From contig CAYVPF010000003.1 of NCBI GenBank assembly GCA_964453355.1, positions 1-51,996 of the forward strand: 51,996 bases of DNA, read 5' to 3'. The position numbers were made by a program, and so were the translations under genes. The notes beneath the pieces were generated by a model that was not told where the DNA came from, made no database searches, and worked only from the letters and a program-made list of their open reading frames with translations. This document shows positions 16,875 to 24,574 of the stretch, in pieces (positions within the stretch are counted from its first letter, which is position 1; the number at the start of each line of letters is the position of its first letter). This DNA comes from an uncultured Acidimicrobiaceae bacterium. Its GTDB lineage: Bacteria > Actinomycetota > Acidimicrobiia > Acidimicrobiales > RAAP-2.

Positions 16875-17642
16875 TCATCGCACGTAGTCCTGTCCGCCGT
16901 CGACCGAGAGGGTGGCCCCGGTGATGTAGGCCGCCGCCGGGCTGCAGAGGAAGACGGCTGCCGTCCCAACATCCAGCTCCGCGTCGCCGAAGCGGCCGAG
17001 GGGAACCTGGCCGAGGATGCCGTCCGTCGCTTCGGGGTGCACCTCCAAGAACCCGGCCATGGCCGGGGTGAGGGCCAGCGGGAGCAGCGTGTTGACCCGT
17101 ATGCCGACCGGTCCCCACTCGCAGGCGGCAGCCCGGGAAAGCGATCCGATAGCGCTCTTGACCGCGGCGTAGCAGCCGAACCCGATCAACGACGGCTGGA
17201 GGGCCACTCCCGACCCGATGTTCACCACCGATCCACCGCCGAGCAGGTAGGGGTAGCAGCCGCGCATGAACCGGAGGGTGGCCAGCGGCCCGCTGTCGAA
17301 CCCGTACTCGAACGCCTGGTCGTCCACTTCCAGGAGTTGGCCGAGGGGCTGGGCGATGGCGTTGTTGACCAGGATGTCGACGGTGCCGAAGGCGGCCACC
17401 GCCGCCTCGATGCAGCGCTGGACGTCGGCGGCTGTGGCCACGTCGCCGGCCACCGTGGCGGCCGTCCCCCCGGTGGACACGATCTCGTCCCGGACCGCCT
17501 CCAGCTTCGCCGCCGTCCGGCCGCACAGCAACACCCTGGCGCCGGCGGCGGCCAGCGCCACGGCGATGCCCCGTCCCACGCCCTGTCCGGCTCCGGTGAC
17601 GATGGCCGCCCGGCTCTCCAGTTCCAGCGACGGGGCGGCCAT
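16875..17642 (-). CDS. SDR-family oxidoreductase
   Basis: AAIVTGAGQGVGRGIA...NNA...YAAVKSA. ATG overlaps the upstream stop. Confidence 0.88.
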   Translation of the reverse strand: MAAPSLELESRAAIVTGAGQGVGRGIAVALAAAGARVLLCGRTAAKLEAVRDEIVSTGGTAATVAGDVATAADVQRCIEAAVAAFGTVDILVNNAIAQPLGQLLEVDDQAFEYGFDSGPLATLRFMRGCYPYLLGGGSVVNIGSGVALQPSLIGFGCYAAVKSAIGSLSRAAACEWGPVGIRVNTLLPLALTPAMAGFLEVHPEATDGILGQVPLGRFGDAELDVGTAAVFLCSPAAAYITGATLSVDGGQDYVR

Positions 17643-18700
17643 CAGAACGTCGCCACCCGGGTGGGGGTCGGTGGCAGGTCGACGAAGGACAGCAGGGCGG
17701 CCTCGGCCCGGCAGACGGCAGGGACGGCGTTCACGACCCGGGCGGCGGTGGCGATCAGGCCGCCGTCGTTCCCGTCCTCGTCGGTGAGCTTCAGCTCACA
17801 ATCGATGGTGGGCCAGCCGTCGATGCGCAGGTGGTAGCAGTCCCGCTCGTCATGGCAGTGGGGCCAGTCCGGCGCGGCCTGGTCGTCCACCCGGGTGACG
17901 TGCTCCACGGCCACCGCCGGCCGGCCGTCCACGATGGCCTGCACCTCGAACCGGATGGCGGCGACCGTCCCCGCCTCGATCGTCCCCACGGCGATCTCCA
18001 GCGGCCGGTCCATGGCTTGGACCTCGTGGGTCTCCCGGATCTCCTCCACCTCGGCGCCGACCAGCCGGGCCAGCTGCGTCACCACCCCTCCCCAGTAGGC
18101 CGTCAGAGCGCCGCCGTTGAACAACGGGGCGTCGTAGTCCAGCGGTTGCCCGAACCCGAAGACGTGGCGCATCACGTCCGGCTGGTCGTAGTAGGCGTAG
18201 TTCACGATCTCCTGTATCCGCACGGCGTCGACCCGCCCCACCAACGAGAGCAGGGCGGCGGGGACCAGGTCGCTGCCGAACCCGGGGTCGGCCCCGTTGT
18301 TGAAGAAGGCGGTCCCACCACGCTGGCAGGCGTCGGCCAGCGGCTGGCGCAGGTCGTCGGGCGCGGTCGGCGGGTAGACCAGCTGGTTCAGCGAGCTGGT
18401 CACCACGTTGGTACCGGCCTCCAGGAAGCGGACCATGTCGGCCACCGCCTCGGCCGGCCGAGCGATGCCCTCGCCGAAGTAGGCCAGGCAGTCGGCCCGG
18501 AGGTCGACAAGGGCGCCGAGGTCGTCGGTGGCCGCCAATCCGGTGGCGGGCCGGCCGCAGAGCTCCCCGGCGTCGATCCCGACCTTCGCCGGCGTCGTCA
18601 CGCCCACCCCCACCAGCTCCAGCTCGGGGTGGTCGATGATCTGGGCCAGCCCGTGCCGTCCGGTGTTGCCGGTGCCGAAATGCACGACCCTCAACGGCAT
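17642..18700 (-). CDS. DapB_N-like NAD(P)-binding oxidoreductase (dihydrodipicolinate reductase N-terminal domain family), copy 1
   Basis: MPLRVVHFGTGNTGRHGLAQIIDHPELELVGVGVTTPAKVGIDAGEL...EAGTNVVTSS...NGADPGF. Confidence 0.7.
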   Translation of the reverse strand: MPLRVVHFGTGNTGRHGLAQIIDHPELELVGVGVTTPAKVGIDAGELCGRPATGLAATDDLGALVDLRADCLAYFGEGIARPAEAVADMVRFLEAGTNVVTSSLNQLVYPPTAPDDLRQPLADACQRGGTAFFNNGADPGFGSDLVPAALLSLVGRVDAVRIQEIVNYAYYDQPDVMRHVFGFGQPLDYDAPLFNGGALTAYWGGVVTQLARLVGAEVEEIRETHEVQAMDRPLEIAVGTIEAGTVAAIRFEVQAIVDGRPAVAVEHVTRVDDQAAPDWPHCHDERDCYHLRIDGWPTIDCELKLTDEDGNDGGLIATAARVVNAVPAVCRAEAALLSFVDLPPTPTRVATF

Positions 18701-18748
18701 GCGTCGCCCCTCCCCGCGCCGGCAGACCCTGCCGGCCGATCCCCTCTC

Positions 18749-18798
18749 ACGATAACGACGCCACCCCTCCGGGTCAAGTGGTTCATCTGTTGATCTAA
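18749..18798 (-). promoter_or_regulatory. promoter (TTGACC-17-TATCGT) with upstream ATCT-N4-ATCT motif (site B)
   Basis: On the minus strand: TTAGATCAACAGATGAA-ccac-TTGACC(rc 18772-18777)-17 nt-TATCGT(rc 18749-18754). About 45 nt further on, GGGGAGGGG precedes the ATG at 18700. Confidence 0.55.
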
Positions 18799-18830
18799 CT
18801 CTTTAGCCGGTCTCTCCCCTGGTGGTTGGC

Positions 18831-20297
18831 TCAGTCGAAGGTGGCGCTGTTGCGGATGCTGACGGTGTGCAGCTCGCAGAACGACTCGAGCGCCCACCGG
18901 CCGCTCATCCGTCCGGTCCCGCTCTGCTTCATGCCGCCGAACGGCGCCCGCCGGTCCACCGAGAAGACCCCGTGGGAGTTGATGAACGTCGCCCCCGCCT
19001 CCAACCGGACCGCCACCTCGCGGGCCCGGTCCTCGTCGGCCGACCACACCGAGCTGGACAAACCGAACTCGGAGGCATTGGCCGCCGACACCGCCTCGTC
19101 CACCGTGTCGTAGCCGATGACCGGCAGCACCGGTCCGAACTGCTCCTCCTGGACCAGCGGGGCGTCCTGTTCGAGCCCGGTGACCAGGGTCGGGCGCACG
19201 AAGAAGCCGCGTTCCGGGTCGCCGCGCAGGTCCCCGAACTGCCGCACCGCTCCCCCCCGTTCCCGGGCGTCGGTGATCAGGTCCTCCAGCCGGGCCCGCT
19301 GGCTGGCCATGTGCACCGGTCCGAGGGTGGTGTCGGGGTCCAGCCCGTCGCCGACGACCATCTGGTCGAGCAGCGCGGCGAGCTCGTCCACGATGGGCTC
19401 CAGCCGGGCGCGGGGCACGTAGAGCCGCTTGATGGCCATGCAGACCTGCCCGCTGCTCATGAAGGTGCCCTCCACCAGCCGCCGGTAGAGCGCCGGGGTG
19501 GCCGGGGTGTCGTCGAGGACGATGGCGGCGTCGTTGCCGCCGAGCTCGAGGGTCAGGCTCTTCAGGTTGACGGCCGAGCGTCGGGTGACCTCCTGGCCGG
19601 TGGCCACGCTGCCGGTGAACGAGATCTTGCGGACCTGGGGGTGGTCGACCAGGCGTTGTGCCACCACGTCCCCGGGGCCGGTGACAACGGAGAGGACGCC
19701 GGGCGGCAGCCCGGCGGCCACGGTGGCGAACGCCTTCAGGGTGGCCAGGGGGGCCGTCGGCGCCACGGCGAGGACCACGGTGTTGCCGGCCAGGAGGGCG
19801 GGGACCACCCCGGTGACCGACAGCGAGAACGGGCGGTTCCAGGGGGTGATGATGCCGACCACCCCGAACGGGCGCCGGTACACCCAGGCCCGGCCGGCCC
19901 CGTTGTCGCCCAGCACCTCCGGTTCGGCCAGGAGCGCCAGCTCGTCCTCGGCGAAAGTCACGGCCATCCCGTAGTAGCCGAACTCCCCGGTCGCCTCGGC
20001 CACCGTCTTGCCCTGCTCCCGCACCAACAGCTCCGCCAGCCCGTCCCCCGGGCCGACGGCGTTCCCCGCCTCCCGGACGGCCGCCAGCCGCTCGAAGGGC
20101 CCCAGGGCGGACCATGACGGAAAGGCTCGACCAGCAGAGGCCACCACGCGGTCGACATGGCCCGGGTGGAGCCGCGGGTAGACGCCGACCTGCTCGCCGA
20201 CGTCGGCCGGGTTCCATATCTCGGCCACGCCGTCGGTGTCGCTCAGGTCGACCTCCGGGTCGACCACCATCGCCCCCTCGGCGAGCGCGGCCATCAC
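18831..20297 (-). CDS. aldehyde dehydrogenase family protein
   Basis: ...FTGSVATGQEV...ELGGNDAAIV...GQVCMAIKRLYV. Confidence 0.88.
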   Translation of the reverse strand: MMAALAEGAMVVDPEVDLSDTDGVAEIWNPADVGEQVGVYPRLHPGHVDRVVASAGRAFPSWSALGPFERLAAVREAGNAVGPGDGLAELLVREQGKTVAEATGEFGYYGMAVTFAEDELALLAEPEVLGDNGAGRAWVYRRPFGVVGIITPWNRPFSLSVTGVVPALLAGNTVVLAVAPTAPLATLKAFATVAAGLPPGVLSVVTGPGDVVAQRLVDHPQVRKISFTGSVATGQEVTRRSAVNLKSLTLELGGNDAAIVLDDTPATPALYRRLVEGTFMSSGQVCMAIKRLYVPRARLEPIVDELAALLDQMVVGDGLDPDTTLGPVHMASQRARLEDLITDARERGGAVRQFGDLRGDPERGFFVRPTLVTGLEQDAPLVQEEQFGPVLPVIGYDTVDEAVSAANASEFGLSSSVWSADEDRAREVAVRLEAGATFINSHGVFSVDRRAPFGGMKQSGTGRMSGRWALESFCELHTVSIRNSATFD

Positions 20298-21145
20298 CCG
20301 TACGCCCGGGTCGCCTCGATGACGGCCTCGGCCACCTCGCTCGTGGGCACCCCGACGCCACCGCCGACGATGAAGCCACCGTCCACGGCCAGGTTGACCC
20401 CGGTCACGTACGACGCCTCGTCGGAGGCCAGGTACAGGGCGGCGTTCACGATGTCCTCGACCTCACCGATCCTCGGGATCAGGCACTTGCCGGCGAACAG
20501 CCGGCGGACCGGGGCGTCGGCGGCCTCGCCCAGGAACGGCCGGAGCTGCGGGGTGTCGATCACGCCGGGCGACACGCTGTTGACCCGGATCTTGTGGGGC
20601 GACAGCTCGATGGCCAAGGCCTCGGTCATCCGGATGACCGCCGCCTTGGCGACACAGTGGACCAGGTTCCCCGGCGAGTTGCCGGGCATTCCCGACCCGA
20701 CCGGCATGCCGGCGATCGAGCCCACGTTGACGATGGCCCCGCCACCGCGCGCTTTCATGGACGGCAGGGCGTGGCGGATGGTCATGTAGACGAGGGTGAC
20801 CTCGTTGGCCATGTTCCAGTCCCACAGCTCCCGGTCCAGCTCCTCGATCGTGGCCGCCCGGGCCACGGCGGCGTTGTTGTACAGGATGTCGAAGCCACCC
20901 TGGGAGGCGGCGAAGGCCACCAGCCGTTCGACCGAGGCCTCGTCGCTCAGGTCCAGCCCGTCCAACGCCACCATCGACCCCCCGGCCGCCCGCACCAGGT
21001 CCACCGTCTCGGCGTTCTCCTCCGCCTTCAGGTCGCTGCCGATGATGGCCGCTCCCTCCCGGGCGAAGGTCAGGGCGGCGCAGCGGCCCTGGCCGCCGGC
21101 GGTCCCGGTGATCAGGGCCGTCTTTCCGGCCAACCTTCCTGACAT
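20294..21145 (-). CDS. SDR-family oxidoreductase
   Basis: MSGRLAGKTALITGTAGGQGR...YNNAAV...CVAKAAV. ATG at 21145 follows GAAGGGAGAG. Track ORF 20294..21931 trimmed. Confidence 0.88.
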   Translation of the reverse strand: MSGRLAGKTALITGTAGGQGRCAALTFAREGAAIIGSDLKAEENAETVDLVRAAGGSMVALDGLDLSDEASVERLVAFAASQGGFDILYNNAAVARAATIEELDRELWDWNMANEVTLVYMTIRHALPSMKARGGGAIVNVGSIAGMPVGSGMPGNSPGNLVHCVAKAAVIRMTEALAIELSPHKIRVNSVSPGVIDTPQLRPFLGEAADAPVRRLFAGKCLIPRIGEVEDIVNAALYLASDEASYVTGVNLAVDGGFIVGGGVGVPTSEVAEAVIEATRAYG

Positions 21146-21183
21146 ACCGTCTCTCCCTTCGACCTCGCCAGCTCGGGCTCCCA

Positions 21184-22197
21184 TCAGATGTCGATCAACA
21201 GCTTCACGGCCTCCCGACGGTGCAGCATCCCGTAGGCGTCCACCACGTCGTCGAGCGGCATGTGACGGACCCACGGGGCCGTCGGGTAGCGGCCGGCCGC
21301 CATGTGCCGGAGCACCGGCCCGAAGGTGCCCCGGTAGGCAAAGGCCATGTCGATCCGGGTCTCCCGCTGCAGCACCGCCAGGGGGTTGAACTGGACCGGT
21401 TCGGCGAAGGCGGCGACCAGCACGATCCGGGCCTTCGGCGCGGCGACCGCCACGGCGGTGTCGAAGCTGGCCTGGGTTCCGGCGGCATCGATGACCACCG
21501 TGGCCCCGGCGCCGGCGAAGCTGGCGGCGATCGCCTCGGCCGCGCCACCGTCGGCCGGGTCGATGACCTCCGGCGCGCCGACCGCCTCGGCGGCGGCCCG
21601 GCGCTCCGGTGCCGGCTCCACCACGACCACGTGCTCCACGCCCTCGGCTCGCAACCCCAGGTAGGCCCCCAGGCCGATCGGGCCGGCACCGAGCACCACG
21701 GCCCGGTCCCCGGGAGAGACGGCGGCCCGCTCGATGCCGTGGAAGGCCACCGCCATCGGCTCGACCACGGCGGCATCCATGGGGTCGATGCCCTCGGGTA
21801 CCCGCCAAGCCATCTCGTCGCGGACGACGGTGAGCTCCGCCAGGCCGCCGCCCCTGCCGGTCAGCCCGTGCCACGGGCCGTTCAGGCAGAGGTTGTAGTC
21901 GCCGTCGTGGCAGGGCCCGCAGTCGTTGCACCGCCAGATGGGCTCGACGGCCACCAGCTCCCCCACCCGGGAGGGGCTGACCCCGGTGCCGACGCCGACG
22001 ATCTCGCCGGCGAACTCGTGGCCCACGATGATCGGCAACGGGGCGTCGCTCATCGGCCCGATGTCGTACTGGTGGAGGTCGGTGCCGCAGAGCCCGTTGG
22101 CCAGGACCCGGACCTGGACCTCACCCGGCCCGGGCGACGGCTCGGGCACGTTCTCGACCCGGACGTCGCCAGGCCCGTAGTAGAGGGCCGCCCTCAC
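21184..22197 (-). CDS. zinc-dependent medium-chain alcohol dehydrogenase (butanediol/sorbitol DH-like)
   Basis: MRAALYYGPGDVRVENVPEP...GLCGTDLH...GHEFAGE...CNDCGPCHDGDYNLC...VLGAGPIG. Confidence 0.88.
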   Translation of the reverse strand: MRAALYYGPGDVRVENVPEPSPGPGEVQVRVLANGLCGTDLHQYDIGPMSDAPLPIIVGHEFAGEIVGVGTGVSPSRVGELVAVEPIWRCNDCGPCHDGDYNLCLNGPWHGLTGRGGGLAELTVVRDEMAWRVPEGIDPMDAAVVEPMAVAFHGIERAAVSPGDRAVVLGAGPIGLGAYLGLRAEGVEHVVVVEPAPERRAAAEAVGAPEVIDPADGGAAEAIAASFAGAGATVVIDAAGTQASFDTAVAVAAPKARIVLVAAFAEPVQFNPLAVLQRETRIDMAFAYRGTFGPVLRHMAAGRYPTAPWVRHMPLDDVVDAYGMLHRREAVKLLIDI

Positions 22198-22550
22198 GCC
22201 GGCGCCGCCACCGGATCGCCAGCCGCCTTGTCACCGGCCGCCCCATCGCCGGCAGCACCGGCCCGGCGCTCCGCCTCCGCCGGGTGGACGGCCAACGGCT
22301 CCACCGAGTGCACCCGCATGTGCGGGAACAGGGGCATGGTGGAGAACTGGGCGTGCAGCGCGGTGGCGTCGGGAAAGTCGTACAGGCCGACCGAGGCCCG
22401 CGTCCCCGGCACCCGCCAGAGGCGGACGAGCTGGCCGGAGGCCCACAGGCTCTGTCCGCGTTTGCGCTCTTCGGCCATCATCGCCTCCAGGTCGGCGGCG
22501 CTCAGTTCGGGCGGGATCGCCACTTCGAAACGGACCAGGAACTCCATCAC
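22194..22550 (-). CDS. muconolactone delta-isomerase-like protein
   Basis: MMEFLVRFEVAIPPE...ERKRGQSLWASGQLVRLWRVPG..ASVGLYDFPDATALHAQFSTMPLFPHMRVHSVEPLAVHP. The tail carries AAGDx x3 (15-bp units at 22212-22256). Confidence 0.7.
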   Translation of the reverse strand: MMEFLVRFEVAIPPELSAADLEAMMAEERKRGQSLWASGQLVRLWRVPGTRASVGLYDFPDATALHAQFSTMPLFPHMRVHSVEPLAVHPAEAERRAGAAGDGAAGDKAAGDPVAAPA

Positions 22551-22623
22551 ACCTCCACTTGTCAGTCGGGTCGTCGATGCTCGCCGGCGGGGCCGGCACC
22601 AGTGACGCTTACGTCGGTGATCG

Positions 22624-23385
22624 TCAGAAGCTGTCCGGGCGAGCCAGGGCGTCGGTGCCCCCGTCGACCGCCACCCAGCTGCCCACCAGGTACCGGGACC
22701 CGTGACCGAGCAGCCAGACGACCACGTCCGCCACCTCCTCGTTCTCCGCCCAGCGGCCGAAGGGGACCGGCAGCTGGCGCATGAGCGGGCCGATCATCGG
22801 ATCATCGAGGGCGGCCTGGGTCAGGGGGGTCAGCGAGTTGCCGGGGGCGACCACGTTGAGACGGATGCCGTCGGTGATCCACTCCACCGACCGCCGTCGG
22901 GCCGCCCGGGCCACGGCCATCTTGGACGTGGCGTAGCCCAGCCCCACCGATCCCTCCACCAGCCGGGTGGCCAGCGCCTCGTCGCCGTCCAGCATGGCCT
23001 GCACCGCGGCCTCGTCGAACGGGGACACCGTCGGGGCCACCGAGCCCACGGCCACCGCCGCCGGCTGGTCACCGGCCCGCAGCGCCGGGCGGAGCCCGTC
23101 CAGCACGGCCATCTGGCCGAAGTAGTTGACCGTCGACAGGTGGCTCGGAGGGTCGACGGTCGGACCGACGCCGGCAAAGGGGGCCAGCCCGTCCAGCCGG
23201 CCGCCGCAGGCCTCGGTGGCCTTCGCCACCGCCTCCTCCCTCCCCTCGACCGTCGACAGGTCGACCTGGATGTCGGCGTCCCGGAGGTCGATCCCGATCA
23301 CCCGATCGCCTTGGGCCTCGAGCGCCCGCCGCGTCGCCGCGCCGAGTCCCGACGCCGAACCGCTGATCACTACCGTCCGGGCCAT
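22624..23385 (-). CDS. SDR-family oxidoreductase (hydroxysteroid dehydrogenase-like, short Rossmann N-terminus)
   Basis: MARTVVISGSASGLGAATRRALEAQGDRVIGIDL...YATSKMAV. Confidence 0.8.
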   Translation of the reverse strand: MARTVVISGSASGLGAATRRALEAQGDRVIGIDLRDADIQVDLSTVEGREEAVAKATEACGGRLDGLAPFAGVGPTVDPPSHLSTVNYFGQMAVLDGLRPALRAGDQPAAVAVGSVAPTVSPFDEAAVQAMLDGDEALATRLVEGSVGLGYATSKMAVARAARRRSVEWITDGIRLNVVAPGNSLTPLTQAALDDPMIGPLMRQLPVPFGRWAENEEVADVVVWLLGHGSRYLVGSWVAVDGGTDALARPDSF

Positions 23386-23446
23386 CGCCGTCCCCCTTCG
23401 TCTCCCGCCGCACCGGCGAGACCGCTCGTCAACGTCTTCGTCATCT

Positions 23447-24514
23447 TCAGGACCCAGTGCCGATCCGCACCCGCCGGGCCGAGGTGACCAGGGGCAGGTC
23501 CTTGTACGTCACCACTCCCGGGCGGGCTCGGACCACGTGCGGGATGGCGTTCACCGTCGGCAGCGCCGTCATCACCATGGCGATGCTCATCAGCACCTCC
23601 GAGCTCGTCTCCCCCTCCGGCGGCCAGCCGGCGACGTGCACCTTGACGGTCGGCATCCCGTCCACCACCACGTGCCAGCCGTGGCGGATCTCCCAGTTCG
23701 GCGCCACGTCCTCGGTCATCTTCCAGATCGTCCCCAGCTCGATGACCTCCTGGCCACCGGCCATCCCCACCCACCGGTTCTTCAGCCCGGCCACGTGGCC
23801 CTCGGGGATCTCCATGAACCCGAGGTCCAGGTGGCGGGTGGCCACCGCCACCTCCGGCAGGTACCGGACCTCGTCGAGGGGCAGCTCCAAGGCGTCGGCC
23901 ATCATCGCCACCGTGTCCTCGAACACCGCCGTCCCCTGCCAGAACTTTGCCGGGTTGTCGGCGTCGTCCGCCGGCATCCCGAAGGCCACGGTCTCCCACA
24001 GCTCCCGGGACTGGTAGCCCGAGCACTCCGCCTCCTCCCAGATCGAGATGTGCCGGATCTCGCTGCAGACGCTGGCCGCGGTCAGGGCGAAGGCGTTGAT
24101 GAACCCGGGGTTGACCCCGCCGCCGTAGACCGAGGCCCCACCCTTGCGCCCGGCCTCCTCGAAGATGGCTTCGGCCTTCCACCATCGGCCCGTCACCAAG
24201 TTGGAGCTCGACACCACGTTGATCCCGGCCTCCAGCAGCCGGGCGATCTGCTCGGTATGCCGGCCCACGTCCTCCTGGCGGACGATCGAGTAGTAGGCCA
24301 CCACGTCGGGGGCCAGGGCGATCAGCTCGTCGATACTGCCCGTCGCCAACACCCCGATGGGCTCGCGCCCGATCAGCTCGCCTACGTCCCGGCCCACCTT
24401 GGCCGGGCTGTGGGCAAAGCAGCCCACCAGCTCCAGCTCCGGATCGTCCAAGATCGCCCGGCCGGCGAACGTGGCGATGTGCCCCGTGGTCCACAGGGCC
24501 ACCCGTATGGTCAT
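23447..24514 (-). CDS. DapB_N-like protein, copy 2 (glycine-rich dinucleotide loop degenerate)
   Basis: MTIRVALWTTGHIATFAGRAILDDPELELVGCFAHSPAKVGRDVGEL...EAGINVVSSS...GGVNPGF is a paralogue of 17642..18700. GGAGGA precedes the ATG. Confidence 0.7.
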   Translation of the reverse strand: MTIRVALWTTGHIATFAGRAILDDPELELVGCFAHSPAKVGRDVGELIGREPIGVLATGSIDELIALAPDVVAYYSIVRQEDVGRHTEQIARLLEAGINVVSSSNLVTGRWWKAEAIFEEAGRKGGASVYGGGVNPGFINAFALTAASVCSEIRHISIWEEAECSGYQSRELWETVAFGMPADDADNPAKFWQGTAVFEDTVAMMADALELPLDEVRYLPEVAVATRHLDLGFMEIPEGHVAGLKNRWVGMAGGQEVIELGTIWKMTEDVAPNWEIRHGWHVVVDGMPTVKVHVAGWPPEGETSSEVLMSIAMVMTALPTVNAIPHVVRARPGVVTYKDLPLVTSARRVRIGTGS

Positions 24515-24526
24515 CTCATCCTCCGT

Positions 24527-24574
24527 TCATGGGGTCATCGGGTCATCGGGTCATCGGGTCATCGGGTCATCGGG
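24527..24574 (-). repeat. 8-bp microsatellite TCATCGGG x5 (plus one degenerate copy TCATGGGG) between two genes
   Basis: Perfect units at 24535-24542, 24543-24550, 24551-24558, 24559-24566, 24567-24574. The last unit contains the stop (rc TGA, 24567-24569) of the ABC fusion gene. Confidence 0.95.

Noticed and set aside
13757-21931. Other long overlapping ORFs (for example 13757..15421 -, 14593..15951 +, 18691..20379 -, 18822..20117 +) and the 5' extension of 20294..21931
   Set aside because: Same reasoning. Each overlaps a gene with strong family signatures in another frame and has an arginine/glycine/proline-rich composition.
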